A DNA stretch of 58,901 nt from a virus (taxonomy: Duplodnaviria; Caudoviricetes): positions 1 to 58,901 of IMG/VR virus record IMGVR_UViG_3300025632_000005; one strand, written 5' to 3'. Below the pieces are notes generated by a model. The model was not told the origin of the DNA, made no database searches, and worked only from the letters and a program-made list of their open reading frames with translations. Position numbers and translations under genes: made by a program. Positions 36,506 to 44,488 of this stretch are shown one piece after another; the first letter of the stretch is position 1, and each line of letters opens with the position of its first letter.

Positions 36506-36732
36506 TAGTATCAGAACTTCCGATACTTGAAATAATCTGCTCACTCAGTGCATGTGTGTCAGTATACTTGTACGGAAACGGGTCACGAAAGGCACCGTTG
36601 TTTGGTATTTGCTCCCAGTTTTTTTGGTGGTCATGGACTATCCAAGAGGGTCTATACTTTATGATGGTACTGAATGTAGTAATGACATTAATACATATTA
36701 GAAACTTAATTAAAATGAAAGGGAGACCATGA
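36502..36732 (+). CDS. Small membrane protein
   Basis: Two or three hydrophobic segments. Confidence 0.55.
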   Translation: MIVSELPILEIICSLSACVSVYLYGNGSRKAPLFGICSQFFWWSWTIQEGLYFMMVLNVVMTLIHIRNLIKMKGRP

Positions 36733-38657
36733 CGACATTACCAACTGTTTACCAACAATTTATACACAAATCTAGATATGCTAGATGGTTACCAGAAGAA
36801 AAGAGAAGAGAGGAATGGCACGAAACTGTAAGTCGGTACTTTAATTTCTTTAAACAACAACTAAAAAAGAATTGTGACTATGATTTAGATAAAAAAACTA
36901 TGGACTATTTATCTAATAAAGTCATGAAGTTAGATGTCATGCCATCAATGAGGGCACTAATGACTGCGGGCCCAGCCTTGGAAAAAGAAAACATAGCTGG
37001 GTATAATTGTTCTTATGTTCCAGTAGATCACCCAAAAGCTTTTGATGAAATATTATATGTACTTATGTGTGGGACGGGAGTTGGCTTTAGTGTTGAGAAA
37101 AAATATACCAGAAATTTGCCTAGTGTTGCTGATGAGTTTCACAATACAGAGACTGTTATTATGGTCAGAGACTCCAAGCTTGGTTGGGCAAAAGCATTTA
37201 GGGAAATCGTTACACTATTGTATGCCGGGCAAGTCCCAAGGTGGGATGTATCTAATGTGCGACCATCAGGAGCAAGACTTAACACTTTCGGCGGCCGAGC
37301 TTCTGGACCTGCACCTCTTGTCGACCTCTTCAACTTCGCCATTGAAACCTTTACTAAAGCAAAAGGCAGACAACTAACACCACTTGAGTGTCACGATCTT
37401 GTCTGTAAAGTAGGTGAGATTGTTGTTGTTGGAGGAGTAAGACGTTCGGCTATGATTAGTTTATCAGACCTTGATGATAGAGACATGAGAGATGCGAAGT
37501 CTGGTGAATGGTATAGAGTTGAGGCACAACGTGCGCTATCAAATAACTCTGCCGTATATGAAACCAAGCCAGATAACATTGGAACTTTTATGGAAGAATG
37601 GTTAGCGCTATATAAATCTGGTAGTGGTGAACGCGGTATCTTTAACAGACAAGCCTCAAAGAAAGTTGCATCACGTAATAAAAGAAGAGACGCTGACTTT
37701 GAGTTTGGAACTAATCCGTGTTCGGAAATAATTTTACAACCTTTCCAATTTTGTAACTTATCCGAAGTAGTGGTACGTGAGAGCGATAAAGAAGAAGACT
37801 TACTAGATAAGGTTGAGGCGGCTACTATACTTGGTACTATGCAAGCTACCTTAACAAACTTTAAATATCTACGAAGACAATGGAAAGATACAACAGAGAA
37901 AGAAAGATTACTCGGAGTATCTTTAACTGGTATCATGGATCATAAAATATTATCTGGAAATATTTATAACAAAGCTGTACTAACAGAGTTGCTTGTGAAA
38001 TTAAAAGATAAAGCAGTAGCTGTTAATAAGACATGGTCTAAACGATTTGGTATCAACCAAGCTACGGCTATTACTTGTGTTAAACCATCAGGCACAGTAT
38101 CACAATTAGTTAATGCTGCATCTGGTATACATGCAAGGCACAATGATTATTACATTCGTAGAGTTAGAGGAGATAAGAAAGATCCACTAACACAATTCTT
38201 ACAAACTCAGAATATACCAATAGAAGATTGTGTTATGAAACCAGATTCTACATCTGTCTTTTCATTTGTAGAGAAAGCACCAAGTGGGTGCATAACTCGT
38301 AATAAACGTACGGCTATTGAACAATTAGACCATTGGTTAGTTTATGCCAAACATTGGTGCGAGCACAAACCAAGTGTAACTATATCAGTGGATGAAGATG
38401 AGTGGCTTGGTGTAGCTGACTGGTGTTGGAGAAACTTTGATGATCTTAGTGGTATATCTTTCTTACCTAACTTTGGGCATGTGTATCAACAAGCACCGTA
38501 TGAAGATATAGATGAAATAAAATATCACAAGTTAAAAAAGAACCAACCAAATAAAATTAATTGGAATGAACTAGCATTGCATGAGCAAGAGGATCACACC
38601 AAGTCCTCCCAAACTCTTGCATGCAGTGCTGGGTCATGTGAGGTTGTGGATGTATAA
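36729..38657 (+). CDS. nrdJ: Class II (adenosylcobalamin-dependent) ribonucleotide reductase
   Basis: PSMRAL, YNC, GTGVGF, GGVRRSA, TNPCSE, CNLSEV, KPSGT, C-terminal CSAGSC; no small-subunit gene seen. Confidence 0.9.
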   Translation: MTTLPTVYQQFIHKSRYARWLPEEKRREEWHETVSRYFNFFKQQLKKNCDYDLDKKTMDYLSNKVMKLDVMPSMRALMTAGPALEKENIAGYNCSYVPVDHPKAFDEILYVLMCGTGVGFSVEKKYTRNLPSVADEFHNTETVIMVRDSKLGWAKAFREIVTLLYAGQVPRWDVSNVRPSGARLNTFGGRASGPAPLVDLFNFAIETFTKAKGRQLTPLECHDLVCKVGEIVVVGGVRRSAMISLSDLDDRDMRDAKSGEWYRVEAQRALSNNSAVYETKPDNIGTFMEEWLALYKSGSGERGIFNRQASKKVASRNKRRDADFEFGTNPCSEIILQPFQFCNLSEVVVRESDKEEDLLDKVEAATILGTMQATLTNFKYLRRQWKDTTEKERLLGVSLTGIMDHKILSGNIYNKAVLTELLVKLKDKAVAVNKTWSKRFGINQATAITCVKPSGTVSQLVNAASGIHARHNDYYIRRVRGDKKDPLTQFLQTQNIPIEDCVMKPDSTSVFSFVEKAPSGCITRNKRTAIEQLDHWLVYAKHWCEHKPSVTISVDEDEWLGVADWCWRNFDDLSGISFLPNFGHVYQQAPYEDIDEIKYHKLKKNQPNKINWNELALHEQEDHTKSSQTLACSAGSCEVVDV

Positions 38658-39216
38658 AACATTTATAACTATACCGAAAGCTGTTCCGATAAAGTTATGT
38701 GATGAGATGGTAAAAGAGTCACCAGATTATTCGGAACAGTTGGCTGGTGTTATGTGGAAAAAAGAGGCGGACTTAAAGAAAGATAGAAACTCTAAGATTA
38801 AATGGTATCCTCTTGAGCATTGGATTGTTCCTAAGTTGTGTGAAGTTGCATCGCAAATAAATAAACAAGATTATGGTTTTGATGTGACTAACTTACAGTG
38901 CCCTCAGTTTACTGAGTATACAAAAGGACAACATTACCAATGGCACAGAGATATATACCCACCAGAGATGGACGGACCATATCCAGGATTGATACGAAAG
39001 TTATCTATGATTGTACAGTTGTCTAACTTTGAGGATTACAAGGGTGGCATCTTACAAATTAAAAACATGGACGGTAAGATAGAACCGATTGAAGGATTTA
39101 AAGATAAAGGTGATATGATTATCTTCCCATCTTTTTATTTACACAGAATAAAAGCAGTAACAGAAGGAACACGACACAGTTTAGTGTGTTGGTTTATGGG
39201 GCCACCGTTTAGATAA
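38650..39216 (+). CDS. 2OG-Fe(II) oxygenase (prolyl-hydroxylase-like)
   Basis: Start revised to MYKTF; Y.WHRD, RKLS, Y.GG, FPSF..H.I..VT.G.R.SLV.W. Confidence 0.85.
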   Translation: MYKTFITIPKAVPIKLCDEMVKESPDYSEQLAGVMWKKEADLKKDRNSKIKWYPLEHWIVPKLCEVASQINKQDYGFDVTNLQCPQFTEYTKGQHYQWHRDIYPPEMDGPYPGLIRKLSMIVQLSNFEDYKGGILQIKNMDGKIEPIEGFKDKGDMIIFPSFYLHRIKAVTEGTRHSLVCWFMGPPFR

Positions 39217-39305
39217 TGGATAAATTCTTGTGGGGACTTCTTAAATTTTCATTATATGTATTAGCTATACAGCTGATATGTATTTTTATGGCTTCTATTA
39301 CATGA
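39216..39305 (+). CDS. Small membrane peptide not in the ORF track (29 aa)
   Basis: TAATG and ATGA coupling at both ends; MDKFLWGLLKFSLYVLAIQLICIFMASIT. Confidence 0.45.
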   Translation: MDKFLWGLLKFSLYVLAIQLICIFMASIT

Positions 39306-39652
39306 AAAATTTAGTAGTACGACCATGGGGAACATATCGAGTTCTAAAAGCTACACCAAAAATAGTTATAAAGATATTAAATGTCTATCCAAATAGAGCA
39401 ATGTCCGTTCAATACCATAAATATAGAAATGAACACTGGAAAATACTTGAAGGCGAAGTAACGGCCCTCATAGATGAGCACTGGTGGACGTTTCTACCTG
39501 GTCATAGAGTTTATATCCCAAAAAATACTGTTCATTGTGTACGGGCTTCTAATAGGCATACAAGGATATTCGAGGTTTGGGAGGGTGAAAAACTAGATGA
39601 AAACGATATTATAAGGATACATCATGATTATAGTAGTGAGTGGGGGGTTTGA
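39302..39652 (+). CDS. Cupin, mannose-6-phosphate isomerase type II C-terminal-like
   Basis: RPWG.Y.VL, S.QYH..R.EHW, IP....H, EV..G..L.E.DI.R. Confidence 0.8.
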   Translation: MKNLVVRPWGTYRVLKATPKIVIKILNVYPNRAMSVQYHKYRNEHWKILEGEVTALIDEHWWTFLPGHRVYIPKNTVHCVRASNRHTRIFEVWEGEKLDENDIIRIHHDYSSEWGV

Positions 39653-40049
39653 TCCCCTACATTCTGGACATATAAATATGTTCAAACAAGCTTATGAGTT
39701 CGGAACTGTGTGGGCAATTGTTAATACAGACGAATGGTTACAAAAAAAGAAAGGTTATAACTTACTAAGCTATGACGAACGTGAGCTTGTGTTAAGTTCA
39801 AACAAATATATAGACAAAGTTATCAAAGCAAAAGATGATGACGATACTGTAGTAAATAATTTAAAAGAGTTTGTTAAGAACGATATGGATTTTGCTTTTG
39901 CTAATGGTGGTGATCGTATACCTACATCTACACCAGAGATGACATATTGTCTTGAGAATAATATTCCTATGTTGTTTAATATCGGTGGAACTAAGACAGA
40001 ATCATCTTCTAAAATTGTTCGTAATTTACTTGACCAAGCTACTAAATAA
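39624..40049 (+). CDS. Cytidylyltransferase-family nucleotidyltransferase (TagD/RfaE-like)
   Basis: SGGFDPLHSGH (HxGH), KKG, ER, ANGGDR and SSS motifs. Confidence 0.85.
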   Translation: MIIVVSGGFDPLHSGHINMFKQAYEFGTVWAIVNTDEWLQKKKGYNLLSYDERELVLSSNKYIDKVIKAKDDDDTVVNNLKEFVKNDMDFAFANGGDRIPTSTPEMTYCLENNIPMLFNIGGTKTESSSKIVRNLLDQATK

Positions 40050-40083
40050 TATATATTTAGAAGTGAACACCAACGTCGTCAAT

Positions 40084-40126
40084 AATCCCTAGGGGTGGGT
40101 AATGTAAACCTCTAGGGATTTTTTTT
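40084..40126 (+). terminator. Rho-independent terminator ending the replication arm
   Basis: AATCCCTAGGGG / CCTCTAGGGATT stem followed by a T run. Confidence 0.75.
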
Positions 40127-40222
40127 GCCCAAACAAATTATCGGACATCTATACCCTAACAAGTTTCTTTTATTACTATTTGGAAATCTATTACCTCTAA
40201 GAGGTTTGTAAAGAATTGTAAT

Positions 40223-40247
40223 GGGTGGGGCTAATTCGCCCCTTCCC
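40223..40247 (-). terminator. GC-rich hairpin directly after the pqqA stop codon
   Basis: GGGGC-GAATTA-GCCCC stem with an extended GGG/CCC base; weak U tail. Confidence 0.5.
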
Positions 40248-40322
40248 TTATTTTTCGGCACAAGCATAGCTATTGATTTCAAGACCAACAGATACAACCG
40301 TGATTGATGGTTTAGACCACAT
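40248..40322 (-). CDS. pqqA: PqqA-like pyrroloquinoline quinone precursor peptide (24 aa, not in the ORF track)
   Basis: MWSKPSITVVSVGLEINSYACAEK has the W-x2-P leader and G-x-E-x3-Y core; GGAG RBS 6 nt upstream. Confidence 0.85.
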   Translation of the reverse strand: MWSKPSITVVSVGLEINSYACAEK

Positions 40323-40394
40323 AATCAACTCCATTTGTTAAAGGTTAACAAACAGTGCTGGTTGCCTTTACGACCGCAGCCCACTGATTATTAT

Positions 40395-40423
40395 ATTTTA
40401 CTTCTTCATGTTCTCTCTTGCAA
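40395..40423 (-). promoter_or_regulatory. Sigma70-like promoter for pqqA
   Basis: TTGCAA-17 bp-TAAAAT overlapping the end of the holin gene, with a second TATAAT nearby. Confidence 0.55.
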
Positions 40424-40808
40424 CCCCTTTTGATTTTTCAAAAGAACGTAAGCCTCCCATTCCGAGTAAGGCTATCGTTAAAGAAATAAGTTCACCAGTA
40501 TCTATAAAGTTTGGCATACTAATTTCTGGTGCAAACAAGGCTGTGAACCAAGTCATTAGTGGTAGTATAAAGAAGTTTACAAATAAACCTATTGCGCAGA
40601 CCCACATGATTGCTGGTCGTGCTCCTGCTACAAACATGCTTGGATGTTTAGCTGCTTCGGTGTTAGCTTTGGCTTGTTCTTTTGCTAAAGCATTCGCATG
40701 CTTCTGTGACATGGTAGCTATATCGTGAGCTAGGCGTGCTTTTTGGTCTTTGTCTTCTATGAATTTATCAAGTAGCCCAGTAACTGGACCGATGAGTGCT
40801 GTTAACAT
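40398..40808 (-). CDS. Holin of 3 TMs (GTA holin / DUF3154 family)
   Basis: LIGPV.GLLDKFI.DKD, FVAG.RPAI.W and LLGMGGLRSFEK.KGV signature. Confidence 0.85.
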   Translation of the reverse strand: MLTALIGPVTGLLDKFIEDKDQKARLAHDIATMSQKHANALAKEQAKANTEAAKHPSMFVAGARPAIMWVCAIGLFVNFFILPLMTWFTALFAPEISMPNFIDTGELISLTIALLGMGGLRSFEKSKGVARENMKK

Positions 40809-41119
40809 TACTTAGTTCCTTCTTCAATTTTCTCTAGTATAACATCTTTTAGTTGGTCCATCAAAACATAGGCCATATGTAAGTTAATACTACCAGCAAA
40901 GTAATCTACCAAGGGTCCTTTATCATCAAACAAAACAGTCATGACACCAGTGGCTTCGTGCTTACTGGCATCTTCTTTAATAACATCTATTTGATTTATA
41001 ACTAATTTATTAAAATGATCTGGCGGAAACTGTTTAGCCATGTCAGCAGTCATGATATGTTCGTTAGTGTCTTTAAATAAATTAACAACTACGTCTTCAG
41101 GTTTCTTTTTATCTGTCAT
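40808..41119 (-). CDS. Hypothetical protein
   Basis: 103-aa ORF, TAATG-coupled to the holin gene. Confidence 0.6.
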   Translation of the reverse strand: MTDKKKPEDVVVNLFKDTNEHIMTADMAKQFPPDHFNKLVINQIDVIKEDASKHEATGVMTVLFDDKGPLVDYFAGSINLHMAYVLMDQLKDVILEKIEEGTK

Positions 41120-41163
41120 CTAAAACAATAGGAATATTATTACGTTTATAATTATGTATGTTG

Positions 41164-42072
41164 TCATTTTCTTTCCAATAAATGTTTATATGGTAGACCA
41201 TGAGCCATCTCTGTTACAGTCCACTGTGTGTAAGCTAAGTCGTTAAACAGTTGTTGTCTATCTTCCATCTTTGGATTCTCTACACAACTAATATCGTGGG
41301 AGCTGATTGGATAAGCAAAGTTAAGATTGCTAGGTGTAATAACAGGGACACCAGCAAGCAGACTATCCACAGTACCTCCCGACGAGTATCCAACAGTTGC
41401 CCAAGCGCCTTGCAAGTCTTTATAAATTGGGTCTTTATTTCCATAAACCATAGTAACATTTTCTTGTCCATCTACAAACTCCTCAAATTTAGACAGATCG
41501 TAAGACGATATAAGAGGATGCATCCGTACTCTTATAGGTCTCTTCGATACCTTTTTACATTTAATTATTTCTTCTCGTAACCATTGTAATATTTCTACAT
41601 TAGCCGTAGCCGCATCACCTGGTAGCTGCATTAAGAATAGTATATAGTCTCCATCTTTTCTCCAGTCCTTAATCCCAAGGTCAAGGTCTGTTTTAATTAT
41701 ACCCCATCTATCCTTATGAGAATTTTTATTGTTAAAGGTACCTAATGTATTCATGTAGTGTCCTTTACCAACACGATAATACTTATGATCTTCAGTTATT
41801 GTTCTACCTAGTAGTGGTGTCTCAATAACAAGTAGGTCACCTTTGTGTTTATTAACTACACTGTTTTTTAATAGATGATGAGATATTCTTCTATCCTTCC
41901 AAGATCCAAATATGATAGCTACGTCACACTCCATATATTCTGTTGAGTTAGATAAGAATACTAGGTCGTTTGTTGTTTCTCTAATACCATGAGTCATGGC
42001 TGTTAATGTATTTACATGTGGTTGATGTACAGCCGAGTTTAAAAATACACCGACTACTTTACGGGATGTCAT
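41164..42072 (-). CDS. GT-B fold glycosyltransferase (capsule biosynthesis KpsS/KpsC-like)
   Basis: Q.PGDA, RVRMHP, SS...VDSLL.GVP and LAYTQW...E...G motifs. Confidence 0.7.
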   Translation of the reverse strand: MTSRKVVGVFLNSAVHQPHVNTLTAMTHGIRETTNDLVFLSNSTEYMECDVAIIFGSWKDRRISHHLLKNSVVNKHKGDLLVIETPLLGRTITEDHKYYRVGKGHYMNTLGTFNNKNSHKDRWGIIKTDLDLGIKDWRKDGDYILFLMQLPGDAATANVEILQWLREEIIKCKKVSKRPIRVRMHPLISSYDLSKFEEFVDGQENVTMVYGNKDPIYKDLQGAWATVGYSSGGTVDSLLAGVPVITPSNLNFAYPISSHDISCVENPKMEDRQQLFNDLAYTQWTVTEMAHGLPYKHLLERK

Positions 42073-43687
42073 CGAATAACTCCTTGTAACTTAATTGTTT
42101 ATTTTTATCTTTAAGACCATCTTCCCACAGTGCTTTGACAAGACCGTCACCGTGCACGTGGATATCTATATCGACTTCTTCTCTTTGCATAAGTTTTTCA
42201 AAGTCTTGGGCTTGAGCTAGTAACTCACCTGTTGTCCAGTGTGGTTCATTCTCTTCGCCAACAGATACCTTTAGCCATTTCTTTCTCCCATCCTCGGCTA
42301 ACTCATTCTTATTTTTTGGCTCGCCCTCAATTGATGAATCAAATCCAAACAAGTGTACGGATCTAAAACCCAATGTATGTAGCATACCAATAGTTCTCAT
42401 ACCTGCGCAAGTGCCACCAGTAATTAATGTTTTGTTCTTAAAATAATCCCAACCTTCAATTGCATTACAATAGGCATCCCAAGCTACAATTTTACATTTA
42501 TGTTCTAGTAGATGTGTAACTACTTCTGGGTTAGACATGGTTGCTACCCAGTACATAACATCTTTATGCGGTTTAGCTAGTAAATCTTTACGTACATAAC
42601 CGTGTGTAGATTTTTCGTTGAATGGTCTCGGATCAAGTATTGTACAAGACCACGGTATTACACCATTATCTATCAATGTGTTGTGACTATGCTTAACACA
42701 TACAACTTTTGTACCCTTAGCTTGCATCTCTTTTATTTTACCAATGTCTTTCATAAGAGATGGACCAGCTGATGCAATGATAACTTCTTCGTTGTTCCAT
42801 TTACATCGTTCTAGTTTAGAGTCAACTCTTTTAGAATTAGTTATGATATTCATACGGATATCTTCTATCGGCATACAATCTTGTGGTGTAACTACAATTG
42901 GTTTCTTAGTTGAGCCTTCTTCCTTCTGCGCTTGTACTTTAGTATTTGGCGGTTCTTGACTAGCTTGTTGTTGTTTGAACTTCAACATACCTTTGTTGTG
43001 ATACATGTGTCGGACTAACGGTGAGGCCTCAAATGCATTGAGGTCGGCACAGTGTGGTGAAAGGTTATGTACCTTGAGACCATGCGCTTGATGTAAATTA
43101 ATTATACGTGTCAATACAAAAGCATCATGCCACTCACGATAGTTATACACTTCACCCGTGTTCCACACCCCAAACATATCAGCAAACAAAGCCTTGTTGA
43201 GATCAGACATACGTAAAGCTAAGAACCCCGCCTCGATATAGTTGACAGCCGTTCGACCAAGCACAGATATATCGACATCTTCTGGGATCCACTTTTGGAT
43301 ATCATCCATAGTTACCTTTTTGTACGTAACGGTATCAGCATCAAGCCATATACCGACATCACATTTAGGTGCATTCTTAACAAAGAAGTCATACTCAGTG
43401 TACACTTTATAGGCCCACCTCTTTACATCGGTTCGCCAGTTAGGGTCATCTTTTTTATCTTTATGTTTAGAAAAGAACTGACAGAGTTCTTTTGATTGAT
43501 TCATGAGGTTAATGAACTCGACTCTATTAGGGTCATAGTTCTGTAGACCACATTCAGGCCAGTCATTATAATATACATATAATTTAGTTTCTTTAGGCCA
43601 GTATTTTACAAAACTATCTATACATTCTTTTGCATAGACATTCCAATGGTCGCCGCGAAACGACGTTACAAGTGAAAATGTAGGCAT
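42059..43687 (-). CDS. Fusion of an N-terminal GT-A glycosyltransferase and a C-terminal Maf/MptE-like domain
   Basis: WLDADT (DxD), E.GF, EWHDAFV, H.KG; then IIASAGPSL...LDPR...GGT.AG....LGF..VHLFGFD. Confidence 0.7.
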   Translation of the reverse strand: MPTFSLVTSFRGDHWNVYAKECIDSFVKYWPKETKLYVYYNDWPECGLQNYDPNRVEFINLMNQSKELCQFFSKHKDKKDDPNWRTDVKRWAYKVYTEYDFFVKNAPKCDVGIWLDADTVTYKKVTMDDIQKWIPEDVDISVLGRTAVNYIEAGFLALRMSDLNKALFADMFGVWNTGEVYNYREWHDAFVLTRIINLHQAHGLKVHNLSPHCADLNAFEASPLVRHMYHNKGMLKFKQQQASQEPPNTKVQAQKEEGSTKKPIVVTPQDCMPIEDIRMNIITNSKRVDSKLERCKWNNEEVIIASAGPSLMKDIGKIKEMQAKGTKVVCVKHSHNTLIDNGVIPWSCTILDPRPFNEKSTHGYVRKDLLAKPHKDVMYWVATMSNPEVVTHLLEHKCKIVAWDAYCNAIEGWDYFKNKTLITGGTCAGMRTIGMLHTLGFRSVHLFGFDSSIEGEPKNKNELAEDGRKKWLKVSVGEENEPHWTTGELLAQAQDFEKLMQREEVDIDIHVHGDGLVKALWEDGLKDKNKQLSYKELFDDIP

Positions 43688-44451
43688 TTCATATCCTTTA
43701 ATGTTGATCCATGTTGGTAATCCATGTGAGCTTTTTCAGCAAACCATTTGTCTGCATACTCACAGTCGTCATAACCGCTCATCCACGGACCACCTAAAGA
43801 AAAGTGAACAGCTGATGGTGTAAGCGGGGTATGTTCCCCCATTATACCTGGAACATAATTCCATTTTGGGTTGAGTTCTCCTACACTAGCAGGCCCTCGT
43901 GAGAGCCATTTGAATTGATGAAGGTCAAGACCTTTCATATCGTTGACATCATAACAAGATAATTCTTTGTTAGATTTATGATCCATATTAAAAGCCATAA
44001 GCGAAGACCACAACTTACAGTTGTATTTTGTCTGTATCTTATTATCCATCTTAGTATTTTCTTCTGGGTGATAATTAAACTTAACTGTCATTACTGGATA
44101 GCTATCATCTAGTTCATCAAGTAAATTTTTTATATCATCAAGCCATAAGAAATCACAATCACAAAAGATTACCCACCCCTTTACTTTGTTTCTTCTTGCT
44201 AGTTCTGGAATAAGAAACCGAGTATGACTGAACTCCGTAGAAAAAGGTGCGTTGTCTTTAACGTCCCAGTGTTGTCCGTTCTTATCAATGCGCCATTCAC
44301 GATCAAACAATTTAAAGTATCGTAAATTATTATGCATGAGGGGAGTGACAGCCACAGGTATAGACGATCGTCTTACAACGGAATGAGCACACACTTCGTA
44401 TGCATCTATTTCTCTTGAGTCCCAACCGATCGCCACGTGGACGTCTTTCAT
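43666..44451 (-). CDS. GT-A (GT8-like) glycosyltransferase
   Basis: IGWDSRE..AY.VC..S, STEFS..RFL.P, FCDCDF (DxD), WSSLM and HFSLGGPW. Confidence 0.8.
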   Translation of the reverse strand: MKDVHVAIGWDSREIDAYEVCAHSVVRRSSIPVAVTPLMHNNLRYFKLFDREWRIDKNGQHWDVKDNAPFSTEFSHTRFLIPELARRNKVKGWVIFCDCDFLWLDDIKNLLDELDDSYPVMTVKFNYHPEENTKMDNKIQTKYNCKLWSSLMAFNMDHKSNKELSCYDVNDMKGLDLHQFKWLSRGPASVGELNPKWNYVPGIMGEHTPLTPSAVHFSLGGPWMSGYDDCEYADKWFAEKAHMDYQHGSTLKDMKCLHFHL

Positions 44452-44458
44452 ATAGTTA

Positions 44459-44486
44459 AATATATACTTTTAATAATGTTAGTCAA
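44459..44486 (-). promoter_or_regulatory. Promoter for the glycosyltransferase operon, probably leaderless
   Basis: TTGACT-16 bp-TATATT ending 7 nt before the ATG; no SD sequence. Confidence 0.5.
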
Positions 44487-44488
44487 TA

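Noticed and set aside
38650-39216. TET/JBP-type 5mC oxidase linking the C5 methyltransferase to the glycosyltransferases
   Set aside because: Motifs look prolyl-hydroxylase-like (and PhyH-like for 14650-15651), and the genes are not clustered with the methyltransferase; DNA hypermodification is kept only as a secondary hypothesis
40112-40297. 61-aa minus-strand ORF from the track
   Set aside because: It overlaps the pqqA-like ORF out of frame, has no RBS and runs through two hairpins
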